IMG/VR virus record: IMGVR_UViG_3300026306_000003
Coordinates: 1-38,344 of that record
Strand: one strand, 5' to 3'
Length of the DNA stretch: 38,344 nucleotides
From: a virus
Taxonomy: Duplodnaviria > Caudoviricetes
Shown here piece after piece: positions 25,155 through 34,860 of the stretch (its first letter is position 1; every line of letters starts with the position of its first letter). The translations under genes were made by a program, and so were the position numbers. The notes under the pieces are model-generated. The model saw only the letters and a list, made by a program, of their open reading frames with translations, searched no databases and had not been told where the DNA came from.

Positions 25155-25354
25155 TTAAAAGGAGTTTCTGAAGTTAAATAAAGGCTGAAACCGGCTAAAA
25201 TAGTGCCCCCTATACCATAATACCATGATCCTAACTGAATTACATCTGTTTCATTATGCCATTCCTTTAAGGCAAATATTCCCCACCCCAAAAGCAGATA
25301 AATTAACCATTTTGGAATCTTTCCAACATTGCCGATAAACAGGAAATTTATCAT
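25151..25354 (-). CDS. Small 2-TM membrane protein
   Basis: WLIYLLLGWGIFAL and YYGIGGTILAGFSLYL. Confidence 0.6.
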   Translation of the reverse strand: MINFLFIGNVGKIPKWLIYLLLGWGIFALKEWHNETDVIQLGSWYYGIGGTILAGFSLYLTSETPFK

Positions 25355-25569
25355 ACTCGCTTAATTTTTAAATGGATCAGATAATATCTTGAAGCATTAA
25401 TGATTTTGCCGGTATCTAATAAAATTTGAAACCTGCCTGAACTCCAAATTCTTTTAATAATTCCCAAAATTGGCTTCTCTCCTATTATTTTCTGAAATGC
25501 TACCCGATCATTAGGTAAAAAAAGTGTTTCTTCATTAGGCATTTCACTACACATTACATTCATATTCAT
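25351..25569 (-). CDS. Hypothetical protein, 72 aa
   Basis: ATGA overlaps with neighbours. Confidence 0.55.
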   Translation of the reverse strand: MNMNVMCSEMPNEETLFLPNDRVAFQKIIGEKPILGIIKRIWSSGRFQILLDTGKIINASRYYLIHLKIKRV

Positions 25570-26075
25570 TTATTTAGGCAATCATCAAGTTTTTCCAATC
25601 CATAATTTACAATGATATTTATTAGCAATTCTGCATATTTAGGATCGGTTGCATATCCGGCTTTCTGCAATGCTCTTGCCTGATCTTGTGGTGTAGCTGC
25701 TGAAAATACTCCGGCTTTCTTATATCTTGTGTTTTGCTGCAAAAAGTTGTTCCTATCTTTGAAGCATTCCAACGGCGTTGAATAATGCCTGAAATAATCT
25801 ACTATCATTTGTTCAACTCCATGAATTACTTCCCTTGTGATAAACTTTTTGCTTAATCCATGCCATTCATCAGAAGGCGAATCTTTTATTCCGAAAAAAT
25901 TATTGCATTCCTTTGCCAATTTGCTTTCACCGGCTTTGTATTCTGATCCAACTTTTCCTGTACTTTCTAAAATTGCTTGTGCCATCATTAAGGAAGGAAA
26001 TAAACCTGTTCCTTTGCAAGCTATTATGATTGCTTCTTTGAATAGCTTTATAAAATCAACTCTGCTTTGGTTCAT
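25566..26075 (-). CDS. Endolysin, GH73 glucosaminidase (FlgJ-like)
   Basis: AQAILES, NNFFGIK, FRHY, ALQKAGYATDPKYAELL. Confidence 0.92.
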   Translation of the reverse strand: MNQSRVDFIKLFKEAIIIACKGTGLFPSLMMAQAILESTGKVGSEYKAGESKLAKECNNFFGIKDSPSDEWHGLSKKFITREVIHGVEQMIVDYFRHYSTPLECFKDRNNFLQQNTRYKKAGVFSAATPQDQARALQKAGYATDPKYAELLINIIVNYGLEKLDDCLNK

Positions 26076-26694
26076 CTTCTGTAGGTTTTAAAGTTTCCTG
26101 TTCAATTACTTTTTCTGTCTTGATATTATCTTGCTGTAAAGAATCAACAATTGAATCCCCTATTTTAGAACGCATTAGATTTAAAATTGCCATCTTCAGG
26201 AATTTAGCTAATCCCCCTGATTGCAGTTTTAATAAACTCATGTGATAAATAATTTGCCTTAATTTATTTGTCATGTACCATCCAAATAAAATATCTGCTA
26301 ATGGTTCATAATAGTAATACAAATGAATTGAAGTAGTAATGATTGCCATTATTAAAAGATCAGCAGCCATTATTGCAAATGTTCTTTGGAACTTCTGAAA
26401 TGAAAAGGATTCTTTTTTAATGTTCTTACTTACTAAATATCCATAATAGGCATTAATTAAAGTCATTGATAAAATCAATGCTGCTCCCACAGGGGGATTC
26501 CAAACCCATTCTGAAAACCATGTTAAAGAAGCTATTCCGATTGATCCAAATAGCTGAAGCGAAAAAAAAGGGATTAAACTTAAACCTAAAGCGGTTTTTG
26601 CATAATCCCAAAATCCTAAAAATCCGAACGTTCTAAACATAAAACGCTCAAACTCAATTATTTTTGCTTTTATTTTATTTAATCTGCTTTGCAT
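26056..26694 (-). CDS. Holin-like membrane protein
   Basis: Several TM segments, charged C-terminus, directly upstream of the endolysin. Confidence 0.65.
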   Translation of the reverse strand: MQSRLNKIKAKIIEFERFMFRTFGFLGFWDYAKTALGLSLIPFFSLQLFGSIGIASLTWFSEWVWNPPVGAALILSMTLINAYYGYLVSKNIKKESFSFQKFQRTFAIMAADLLIMAIITTSIHLYYYYEPLADILFGWYMTNKLRQIIYHMSLLKLQSGGLAKFLKMAILNLMRSKIGDSIVDSLQQDNIKTEKVIEQETLKPTEDEPKQS

Positions 26695-26706
26695 CCTATT
26701 CCTACG

Positions 26707-27195
26707 TTATTCAGGAAAATCTTTAGGAACAAAACGCCACCAGTTCGGCAATTGCCTGACTAAAGCAGAAAATTCAAAGCAGAATAAACGTTTTCCTGCC
26801 TTTTCTTCTGTTCTGCCTAACCATTTGCCAGTTTTCTGATAAATGCCCATGTAAAGCAGTACAGAAGCTAAATCATATCGGGTTGCTTGGCTCTGAAAAT
26901 GTCGGGTTATCATATCATCTTGAACAAAGCATTCTGAAATGGCAAAATCATTTAATGCCCTGCTTTCGTGCCAAAAATCAAACCGTTTAGGACGGATCAC
27001 ATCCCCAACATTGGCTTCAACAATAAACATTTCACCATTGATCCAAAAAAGAACGGCTGTATGATTCCAGTATGATTTTAATACTGATCTAATTACAGCA
27101 GCTTCATTATCTTTTGGAGTATGGCAAAAAATAGTTGTTCCAGTTTTGCAAGTCTGAAGCCTTCTTTTTAAATCATTTGAATAAACAATTTCCAT
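26707..27195 (-). CDS. Permuted papain-like NlpC/P60 (YiiX/YebB-like) enzyme
   Basis: His before Cys: YWNHTAVL...IVEA...RYD...RLFCFEF. Confidence 0.7.
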   Translation of the reverse strand: MEIVYSNDLKRRLQTCKTGTTIFCHTPKDNEAAVIRSVLKSYWNHTAVLFWINGEMFIVEANVGDVIRPKRFDFWHESRALNDFAISECFVQDDMITRHFQSQATRYDLASVLLYMGIYQKTGKWLGRTEEKAGKRLFCFEFSALVRQLPNWWRFVPKDFPE

Positions 27196-27866
27196 TATTG
27201 ATTTTTTGCTCCTACATGAATAATCAGCATTGTTGGCATTTCAGCAGCATCAGAAGAAACCAAAATCCTGTAATTTCCTTCTGATAAATCGGTGAATTCC
27301 CCTGTAGTATTTGAAATCTCTGTTCCTAAAATTTGGAAGGTAGGATTGCCGATAATATCAACCGGAATTACTTTGATTTTACCATCATTATTTGATTGGC
27401 TTGCATTCAAAAGTTGTTCTTCAGGTTCAGTTGCCGGTTTTACTGAATAAGTAACCCCTGAAATCTCAAAATCTGCTGTAATAGGGGGATAAAAATTCCC
27501 GTTTTCAGGTGAAAAACAAAGAACCCCAAATAAGACATACAACAAACCGTTTACACTCATTTGGTCGGTTTTCAATCCTATTTTTTCAGCAGGAATATTG
27601 TAAAAATATGCTGCTGATTCTTGCTCTGTAGCATTAAAAGACTGTAAAACATCCTGATTATAAACTATTCCTTCAGAATCCTTTATAAATTTGTTATAAA
27701 ATACAATTACTTCCTGATTGCTTTTGGAACTCTTGTTGCCATCAATCCGAAATTCTTTTATAACTCCATTTTGAGTATATTTTATAAATGCCTGTTCATT
27801 TTCATCACCGGCAGAAACTTCAATTGAAAGTCCTTTAAATGGAAAAGTATTTGTTTCTATTGCCAT
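27195..27866 (-). CDS. Virion accessory protein with C-terminal SprB/Ig-like repeat
   Basis: NDGKIKV...NTTGEFTDLSEGNYRILV. Confidence 0.45.
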   Translation of the reverse strand: MAIETNTFPFKGLSIEVSAGDENEQAFIKYTQNGVIKEFRIDGNKSSKSNQEVIVFYNKFIKDSEGIVYNQDVLQSFNATEQESAAYFYNIPAEKIGLKTDQMSVNGLLYVLFGVLCFSPENGNFYPPITADFEISGVTYSVKPATEPEEQLLNASQSNNDGKIKVIPVDIIGNPTFQILGTEISNTTGEFTDLSEGNYRILVSSDAAEMPTMLIIHVGAKNQ

Positions 27867-27881
27867 AGCTGTATTTTTAAA

Positions 27882-29252
27882 TTATAAGGCTGCTATTTCT
27901 GTACTATTTAATGCCCTTGAATATATTTTTGCTCTTTTAAAACCACCTTCCAAAGCATAATTTGTTCCAAGTGATTCTAATCCAATGGTATTGCCATTTG
28001 TATTACTTATAGGAATTGCAGTTGTAAATGATGAATTACTACCTAATAAAATTCCATTCAAATAGCATGATAAAATATTTCCTGATCTTGTGTAAACCAA
28101 TTTGTAATTAGTATTTATAGCTAAATTATTAACCATCACGGTTAAAATTACAGTTCCATTTGAATAGAAATTAATCGGCTGTGGTGAAGTTCCATCAGTT
28201 ATATGCATCAGTATTGTATAATCTCCTGTCTGATAATTACCTTTTCCGATAATTGCACACCAATCACGCGGTGCAGACCTATAATTTGCAATTTTAAATT
28301 CTATTAATAATGTAAAATCTCTTTTTCCGGTAATGTATGGAGCATCATTTAATTTTATGCCCTGATTATTATTTCCAGTAAAAGTCAAATATCCCCCTGA
28401 AAGAATTGGTAATAAACCAATTAATAAAGCATTTCTTTTATAAGAACTTGAATCAGGTAAAACATTCCCATTTACATAATCACTCGCATTCAATTCTAAA
28501 ACTACTTCATTGCTTGCAGGAATATTAATCACACGTTGTTCAACTACAGAAGAATCGGGATTGAAATTACCTACATATTGTGGCGTAGTTGCTCTATTTA
28601 AACCATCATTCCAAATATCACCATGAAAACCGTTTGGGCTGCTATCCTGAACGTTTCCATTTATAAATCTATAATCTACTATCAGATTATTTTGCGCTGC
28701 TGTAGTATTGTTTATAATGTCTGAAATAGGCAATGAAGAATTCCAAATTGTTGCTTGTGAAAAAATAGCTTCAAGCGGAAAAGTTCCGGTCGAATATCCC
28801 CCAAAAGTTGCAGGTGTTGCCCATGCTACTGCTGTTCCTGCATAACTATTATTTATGTAAGCTGCTCCATCAATTGAAAGCTTAACTGTATTTCCTTGCC
28901 TTGAATAAATTATATCATACCAATGAAATCTTTTTGCTGCTTCATAACTCCATGAACCCCAACCAACACCATTAACCGTACCTTGATAAATTCTAAAATT
29001 ACCTCCTTCAATATCCAAAAGCCATTGAATATTATTTTCACTCCCACCACCTTTTGATACAATTACTCCATCTAAACTATTTCCTATTAAAATAAATTTT
29101 ACTCTAATTGTAAAATCGTTTGCCGTTTGTAAAACAGGAATAATAGGGCAAGCGACAAATTTAGAATAAGCTAATCCTGTTCTAATAGCTTTACCCCTAT
29201 TTGATGATACTATTAACCGATTATTGCTGATTAAATAAGACATATTAATCAC
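27882..29252 (-). CDS. Tandem LamG (concanavalin A-like) domain tail/receptor-binding protein
   Basis: Two repeats of FT......., W....R.G.....Y..G and ..IY.RAL...EI; the start may be the Met at 29243. Confidence 0.75.
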   Translation of the reverse strand: MINMSYLISNNRLIVSSNRGKAIRTGLAYSKFVACPIIPVLQTANDFTIRVKFILIGNSLDGVIVSKGGGSENNIQWLLDIEGGNFRIYQGTVNGVGWGSWSYEAAKRFHWYDIIYSRQGNTVKLSIDGAAYINNSYAGTAVAWATPATFGGYSTGTFPLEAIFSQATIWNSSLPISDIINNTTAAQNNLIVDYRFINGNVQDSSPNGFHGDIWNDGLNRATTPQYVGNFNPDSSVVEQRVINIPASNEVVLELNASDYVNGNVLPDSSSYKRNALLIGLLPILSGGYLTFTGNNNQGIKLNDAPYITGKRDFTLLIEFKIANYRSAPRDWCAIIGKGNYQTGDYTILMHITDGTSPQPINFYSNGTVILTVMVNNLAINTNYKLVYTRSGNILSCYLNGILLGSNSSFTTAIPISNTNGNTIGLESLGTNYALEGGFKRAKIYSRALNSTEIAAL

Positions 29253-29478
29253 ATTTAATTCTTACAGGAATATTATCAGCTATAAACCGATATAAATAAA
29301 GACCATCAAACCATTCATCTAATTGATTATTGCCAGTTAAAGCAGTTCCAATGTAATAACTTGCATTTGTTGAAGTTGCTGCACTCCAATTAGCCGGATT
29401 TTGCAATAAAATTTGCTGATCAGGTGCAACATTTGTAGTTATTGTTTCACTCGAAATTAAATGTTGAATCTTTGTCAT
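29245..29478 (-). CDS. Small tail-fibre-associated protein, 77 aa
   Basis: Lies between the fibre and LamG genes. Confidence 0.55.
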   Translation of the reverse strand: MTKIQHLISSETITTNVAPDQQILLQNPANWSAATSTNASYYIGTALTGNNQLDEWFDGLYLYRFIADNIPVRIKCD

Positions 29479-29481
29479 GAT

Positions 29482-31800
29482 CTAAGCTATTTTTTCCGGT
29501 TGTAAATGTCCTGTATTATCAATCCCGTTTATCCATAGTGAACCATCTGCTGAAGTATAGGCTATTGTTTCATTAGTTAATGATAAAGGGAATGTCTTGT
29601 TTGTGATTGAAACATTGGATATAACGCCATTAAATACAACTGCTGTACTTGCCATCTGCATTCCTGAAACCGGCTTATTAAAAACGCAATTATTTAGGTT
29701 TAAAGGAATGGCAACCGTTCCCCCCCCAAAATCATTATTGAAAGTGTTTCTGCTGCTGTTTATTGCAAATGTAGTTCCGGCTGCAAATACTCCTTTAATT
29801 GAATTGAATTGAAACCCATCCGGCAAATTCATGTTGGTTTGCATTCCATTGATTAAATTCTGCTGAACGTTATTACCAATTACAGAATTCCCTAATGCAG
29901 TTCCATTTAAATTAGTTACTGTATTATGCTTAAAACCATTACCTATGCTTACTGTACTGATCCTTGCACCAAATCTGTTATATTCACAAATAGTACCACA
30001 TTGAAGCAAATATAATTCTTCAGTTTTATTGCTTTTCCAACCAAAACCAAAATTGCATTGGTAACTTGATCCCCTCATTTCATTTGCAGAAGTTTGTACT
30101 TCAAATGAATTTTGAAAAATAAGTCCTTCAAATTCATTGTATTGAGTTTCAGGATTAAAAATGTTATAGGTACAACTTGCAGCAAAGAAATTTCTATTTA
30201 TAGTACCAAAACCACCCGAACGAACTAATACAAAATGATTAAACGAAAAATTATTATCACATAAATTATAAATAAATCCCCCTTGTATTATATTACCTGT
30301 GCATAATTTCCCAAAGCTATTACCATAAATCTCACCATTGTTGAAAGTCATATTGGTACAATTCAAATCAAATGAATTATCATGAAATGAATTGCCATCA
30401 CCGGCAGAATTTGCAGGACTTACTCCATTTATTGAATTATCGGTGAAAATTATATTGTTATAAGTTGAAGCAAAACCTATTGAAATATTTCGCATTGCTC
30501 CCCCCCCACTTCCGGCAATGTTTGTATTAAAAGTATAGGAATCTTGAAAATCAGAAGCTAAAGCCGGAATAGTTGCAAATCCTAAAGGAAAATTATTTGG
30601 GCTTGTGCTTAAATACAAACTTCTACTTGGTACTAATACTTTCAACCAATTTGGATCGGTTTTTACTGCCCATTCTGTTGTTGAAGCAGTACCGGAATAA
30701 GCTGCTAAATTAGGATCATTCCCTACATTTGAATTATTGCCAAATTTCTTTGAAACATAAACGCCACCATCAGAAGCTAAAACGGCTGCACCTCTTGAAT
30801 AAGTAGTTCCGGCTGACCAAACAGGGGGATTTGCTTTCCATCTTCTGAATTTGACATTTCGCCAATCATAATAGGTTTCTAATCCTTTTATAGTATCTTT
30901 TCTGTAGGTAATTTTTCCCCTTCGTTCCGTTATACCATCTTCACAAAGCACATTATTAAAATCAAATTGAATTATATCCTGCGGAAATAAAGGTGAATAA
31001 ACTACAGGTGCAAATGCTGAAGAAGTAACTGCTAAAAGAATTAATTCTTCAACTCCTTCAGATAAATTTTTAGTCCATGAAGCTGCATTTGCATAAACTG
31101 TTCCCTGAACATTTAAAGCAGTTGTATTTGGAATTGTATGAATGGTTTGATTATCTGTAATTTTATAGAATTGCCCCTGAATAAGCTTTCCGTTATTTTT
31201 TAAAGTAGCAATATTTGCATAAGTATCAGCAACCGGAATCAGATCAATATTTATATTTCCGGCTGCATTTGGATTTGAAGGTGTGCCGGAATTTATACTA
31301 ATTGATTTAACTGTTCCGGTTGCTGCTGTTTCTATTGTTCCATCCTGAACATCTGCATCCTGAACAAATAAATAATTAGGGGAAATTATAGGACGCAAAG
31401 CATCTTCATAAACATTTACCTCATCACCTGCCAATCTTAAATAAAAAGGATTATTAGTATCAGTATAATCTATTACAATAGCATCTAAACGATGTTTTCC
31501 TTCACTTGCATACGGTAAAGAAAAATCATCCTGCGGAACAATGATAATATTTCCGTTTACATTGATCTTTCCCTCTCCTATGTAATAGATATTTCCTACA
31601 ATATTACTTGAAGGTACTTCAACCCATGAAACCCCTGAAGGCAAAGCAGGTGCATCTTGAAATCCTACCTGCGAAACAAAGGAATCTCTAATATCAGTTG
31701 CAAAATCTCTCATTCTTGCTTCTGAAATCAATCCTTTTGTATTATTCAGGAATAAGGATTGCCATTTAGTATAGAAATCCGCTTTGGTTAATTGTGCCAT
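29482..31800 (-). CDS. Tail fibre/spike with CBM5/12-like motif and beta-helix-like repeats (likely start MAQLTK)
   Basis: LIQGQFYKITD, YDWRNVKFRRW, WSAGTTYSRGAAV..DGGVY and Asn/Gly-rich N.FG..C..N repeats. Confidence 0.7.
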   Translation of the reverse strand: MAQLTKADFYTKWQSLFLNNTKGLISEARMRDFATDIRDSFVSQVGFQDAPALPSGVSWVEVPSSNIVGNIYYIGEGKINVNGNIIIVPQDDFSLPYASEGKHRLDAIVIDYTDTNNPFYLRLAGDEVNVYEDALRPIISPNYLFVQDADVQDGTIETAATGTVKSISINSGTPSNPNAAGNINIDLIPVADTYANIATLKNNGKLIQGQFYKITDNQTIHTIPNTTALNVQGTVYANAASWTKNLSEGVEELILLAVTSSAFAPVVYSPLFPQDIIQFDFNNVLCEDGITERRGKITYRKDTIKGLETYYDWRNVKFRRWKANPPVWSAGTTYSRGAAVLASDGGVYVSKKFGNNSNVGNDPNLAAYSGTASTTEWAVKTDPNWLKVLVPSRSLYLSTSPNNFPLGFATIPALASDFQDSYTFNTNIAGSGGGAMRNISIGFASTYNNIIFTDNSINGVSPANSAGDGNSFHDNSFDLNCTNMTFNNGEIYGNSFGKLCTGNIIQGGFIYNLCDNNFSFNHFVLVRSGGFGTINRNFFAASCTYNIFNPETQYNEFEGLIFQNSFEVQTSANEMRGSSYQCNFGFGWKSNKTEELYLLQCGTICEYNRFGARISTVSIGNGFKHNTVTNLNGTALGNSVIGNNVQQNLINGMQTNMNLPDGFQFNSIKGVFAAGTTFAINSSRNTFNNDFGGGTVAIPLNLNNCVFNKPVSGMQMASTAVVFNGVISNVSITNKTFPLSLTNETIAYTSADGSLWINGIDNTGHLQPEKIA

Positions 31801-32404
31801 TATCTCTATATTTATTTTTTGCAACTCCTATTCCAAATCTGCCTTTTCTGCCTGATTCCGGTTTACATTCATCTATTGCAGGAAGGTATTCATATTTCCT
31901 CAAATAGGTGAATAGATCGTTTTCAGCCATGATCAAATCAGTTCTGTTTGAATTGATTAAATCTTTCCTTCTCTGATCCGAAATTGGCACAAACCGTTCC
32001 CCTGTTTGCTGTGTCAATCCTGCCTGTGCAACATCAATTCCATGAACAGTTAAAAAATAATCGTAGGTTTTGAAGATCAAATACCGCTTTAAAGCCAAAT
32101 GAAAAACAGTATAAACCGGCTCAATTACCCATTCTTCAGAAGTTTCAGAAGGTAAAGCAGGATCATCTATTAATGCTCTGTAAATTGTGCCGTTATACTC
32201 CCAAAATGAACCCGAAACAATTGCTGAATCAGGTGTATAAATACCAAATTCAAAAGCAACGGAATCTAAAAACTGATCATAATTTCCATTTGCTAAAGTT
32301 GGAAGTGTTCTTTCAGCCTTTAAAATGAATGGATTTATATCAGCATCAGCAATGTTTGTAGAAAACTTTACAAGCTTTGCAATATCGTATTTATCTATCA
32401 GCAT
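31766..32404 (-). CDS. Head-tail adaptor/connector-like protein
   Basis: Follows the portal; INPFILKAE, LKRYLIF..Y, LFTYL.....P....C pattern. Confidence 0.55.
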   Translation of the reverse strand: MLIDKYDIAKLVKFSTNIADADINPFILKAERTLPTLANGNYDQFLDSVAFEFGIYTPDSAIVSGSFWEYNGTIYRALIDDPALPSETSEEWVIEPVYTVFHLALKRYLIFKTYDYFLTVHGIDVAQAGLTQQTGERFVPISDQRRKDLINSNRTDLIMAENDLFTYLRKYEYLPAIDECKPESGRKGRFGIGVAKNKYRDNGTINQSGFLY

Positions 32405-32408
32405 AATT

Positions 32409-33650
32409 TTAGGAAAATTTTTGAATTACAGCCTGTTTTTCAGCATCATTCATGTACGGGAGCAATTCAACCGGAATAGTTTCTAATGGATTTTTGATTG
32501 ATAGATACCAATAATCTTTTGCTACCTGTGGAAATAGTAATTGGAAGGTACGGGCAATCTGATTCTGCATTACATTTATATCATTCTGAAATAATTGAAT
32601 TGAATTCAAAATTTCTCTGCTTTGACTTAATGCACCGGCTGTAAGGAAATTGCAAAGGATTGCCGGAACTCCAAAATGCCTACAAACCGCCCTGCCTATA
32701 GTATCACGTTTCACATCTAAAGAAAGTAATGCTTTGGTGTTATCCCATGCAATTAGATTTGGCTTATAGTTTCCAGTTAAAACAACTGCCTGACTGCGGT
32801 TTTCTTTATCAGTAAGATCATTTACATCATCAACTAAATAATCAAATTCAGTTTTTCCGTTTTCATCTTGTTTTGTTGTATCAACATTGCCTTCAAAATG
32901 CACTATTACAGGCGGTGTAAAGTTGTTTTCTAAGTTATCCAAATCAGTTATGGCAATTTCTGTATCTGAATAAATATCCTTTGCCCCTGCTAAAGTCCAA
33001 AAGCTAGGCAAAGGATAGTCTGAAGATCGGGCTGTTTTCCTGTAGACAAAAAGTAATTGACCTGATTGAGCATAAGTTGTATTACCGGCTGCATCAGGCT
33101 TTGCATTATTTACGATTTCATCAAACATATTTGAAACCACTACAGGATCATTATTGAACGGCTGCATGATTTCATCATATTGACGTTTAAAAAACTTTGT
33201 TCCTCTTGTATGATTCACTACAAATCTGCCATCCTCTAATTTTCTGACATACTGCAAAGGAACATGATAAACTTCAGCAACTTCAAATGCTAAATTATAT
33301 TTCACTCTTAAAGCAAAACCACGCCATAAAGCAAAATCAGGGGAAATTTCATTTAATAAATCTTCAGAAGTTTGTTTTGGATTTACTTTAAAGTTTGCAG
33401 CCAATTCATTTATAAATCCATCAGCTTGAATGTAATAATCAAGCTTTTCCCAACACGCGGTAGCTGTTCCTGAATCCATAACAGCTTCTAAAATCTTATG
33501 TGGCAATTTATCATCATTGCCCCACGCAATTTGTTTTATTGCTGCATTTTTAGCTGTATCAGGATAAACCGAAACAAGCCCATTCAAAGCATTTGTACGC
33601 TGTGAACGGGCTTGCTTGTTTACCGCTTTACTTTTACGAATTGAAGCCAT
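32409..33650 (-). CDS. Portal protein
   Basis: WGNDDKLP, DSGTATAC, DFALWRGFALRV, YPLP, NLENNFTP, HFGVPAIL. Confidence 0.8.
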   Translation of the reverse strand: MASIRKSKAVNKQARSQRTNALNGLVSVYPDTAKNAAIKQIAWGNDDKLPHKILEAVMDSGTATACWEKLDYYIQADGFINELAANFKVNPKQTSEDLLNEISPDFALWRGFALRVKYNLAFEVAEVYHVPLQYVRKLEDGRFVVNHTRGTKFFKRQYDEIMQPFNNDPVVVSNMFDEIVNNAKPDAAGNTTYAQSGQLLFVYRKTARSSDYPLPSFWTLAGAKDIYSDTEIAITDLDNLENNFTPPVIVHFEGNVDTTKQDENGKTEFDYLVDDVNDLTDKENRSQAVVLTGNYKPNLIAWDNTKALLSLDVKRDTIGRAVCRHFGVPAILCNFLTAGALSQSREILNSIQLFQNDINVMQNQIARTFQLLFPQVAKDYWYLSIKNPLETIPVELLPYMNDAEKQAVIQKFS

Positions 33651-33702
33651 AAGTAAAGAGCAATTAAAGGTTTAAAGGTAGTTCAGGATCAAAGCAGGAA
33701 GT

Positions 33703-34239
33703 TTATTCTTCCGGTTTTATATCTTCGTGCTTTTCCGGCTCTACATTGAGCATTTTACCTTCTTCTTTTGAAGCCTGTTCTTCAGCTTTTGACGGTCTGC
33801 CACGCTTACCGGCTTTCTGTTCTTCAGGTGCAATTTCTGCTTCAGCTTTTGCTTCTACTTCTTCAATATTGTGGGCAAAATCAGGATTTTCTAAAATGCG
33901 TTTTGCTTTTGCATCTGTCAAATTATCTTCTGTAATGGTTTCTGTTTTACCATCCCGAATTAAAACAATTTCAGTTACACCATTTTTTTTTGCTTCTTTG
34001 GAAAATCTGTAATTTCCTTTGTGCTTTGCCATTTCTTTAGCTTTTTTAGTTTGATAATATTTTAGTTTTAAATCATAATAAACGGCATCCATCTTACTTT
34101 TGCAGGTTAAGCAATACCATTTTTCCGGCTTATCCCCTATTAGAATTTTATGCAGATCAATCAGTAAATTATTATCTGCATTCCTTCTAGGTGCATAAAT
34201 CAATTCATTTACTTTCTGCTCTGCTTTATAATAATCCAT
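33703..34239 (-). CDS. Hypothetical protein with CxxC and KRGRP motif
   Basis: YCLTCK and GKRGRPSK; between tail tube and portal. Confidence 0.6.
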   Translation of the reverse strand: MDYYKAEQKVNELIYAPRRNADNNLLIDLHKILIGDKPEKWYCLTCKSKMDAVYYDLKLKYYQTKKAKEMAKHKGNYRFSKEAKKNGVTEIVLIRDGKTETITEDNLTDAKAKRILENPDFAHNIEEVEAKAEAEIAPEEQKAGKRGRPSKAEEQASKEEGKMLNVEPEKHEDIKPEE

Positions 34240-34243
34240 TTAA

Positions 34244-34834
34244 TTAGGGTAAAAGTTTTTGATCTAAATAAATGATTTCATCAGCTACTTCATCAGCAAA
34301 GTTTGTATAAACCGGCATTTTTGATTCATCTGCTGTGAAGGTTAAAACCATTGATGAACCACCATCAGAAGCAGCATCAACGGCATAAGTTCCGGCTGTG
34401 ATACTCATTCCTTCAGCCGGAACATCTTCAGCCCCTACTAAACCAAATGCTTCAAACCGTCCATATTTGTTTTGCAGGATCACAAAAAGATCATCTGCCT
34501 GAACTAATAATTCAATGGCATCTTTTTCCGGCTGTGTATCGAAGTAGGCAACAAAATTTACTGTTTGTGTATACATTGTTGCATTCTCATTCTGCTTTAT
34601 TGCTGTACTATGGCTGTTCTTTAATTTCTTGCCAGTTAAAGCATATAAATACATAGAAGATTTTAATGTCAATGTTTTGATGTTTCCATCTGCATCACGG
34701 GTAAAACCTGATAATTCAGAAAGTGAACCAACATACATTGTACGATCAACCCCCCCGATACGCTTCAAAGCGCATCGGGAAGGATTCAGGTCAATCATTC
34801 CGGTTAAACCGGCTTGTGGGCATATTGCTCTCAT
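34244..34834 (-). CDS. Major tail (tube) protein
   Basis: C....GGV, ENATMYTQTV, LFVILQNKYGRFEAFG, LTFTADE pattern. Confidence 0.7.
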   Translation of the reverse strand: MRAICPQAGLTGMIDLNPSRCALKRIGGVDRTMYVGSLSELSGFTRDADGNIKTLTLKSSMYLYALTGKKLKNSHSTAIKQNENATMYTQTVNFVAYFDTQPEKDAIELLVQADDLFVILQNKYGRFEAFGLVGAEDVPAEGMSITAGTYAVDAASDGGSSMVLTFTADESKMPVYTNFADEVADEIIYLDQKLLP

Positions 34835-34860
34835 GCTGCTTTTCTCCTTTCTAAAGTGAA

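Noticed and set aside
27882-31800. Diversity-generating retroelement or invertible tail-fibre system
   Set aside because: No reverse transcriptase or invertase, and no TR/VR-like duplicate was noticed.
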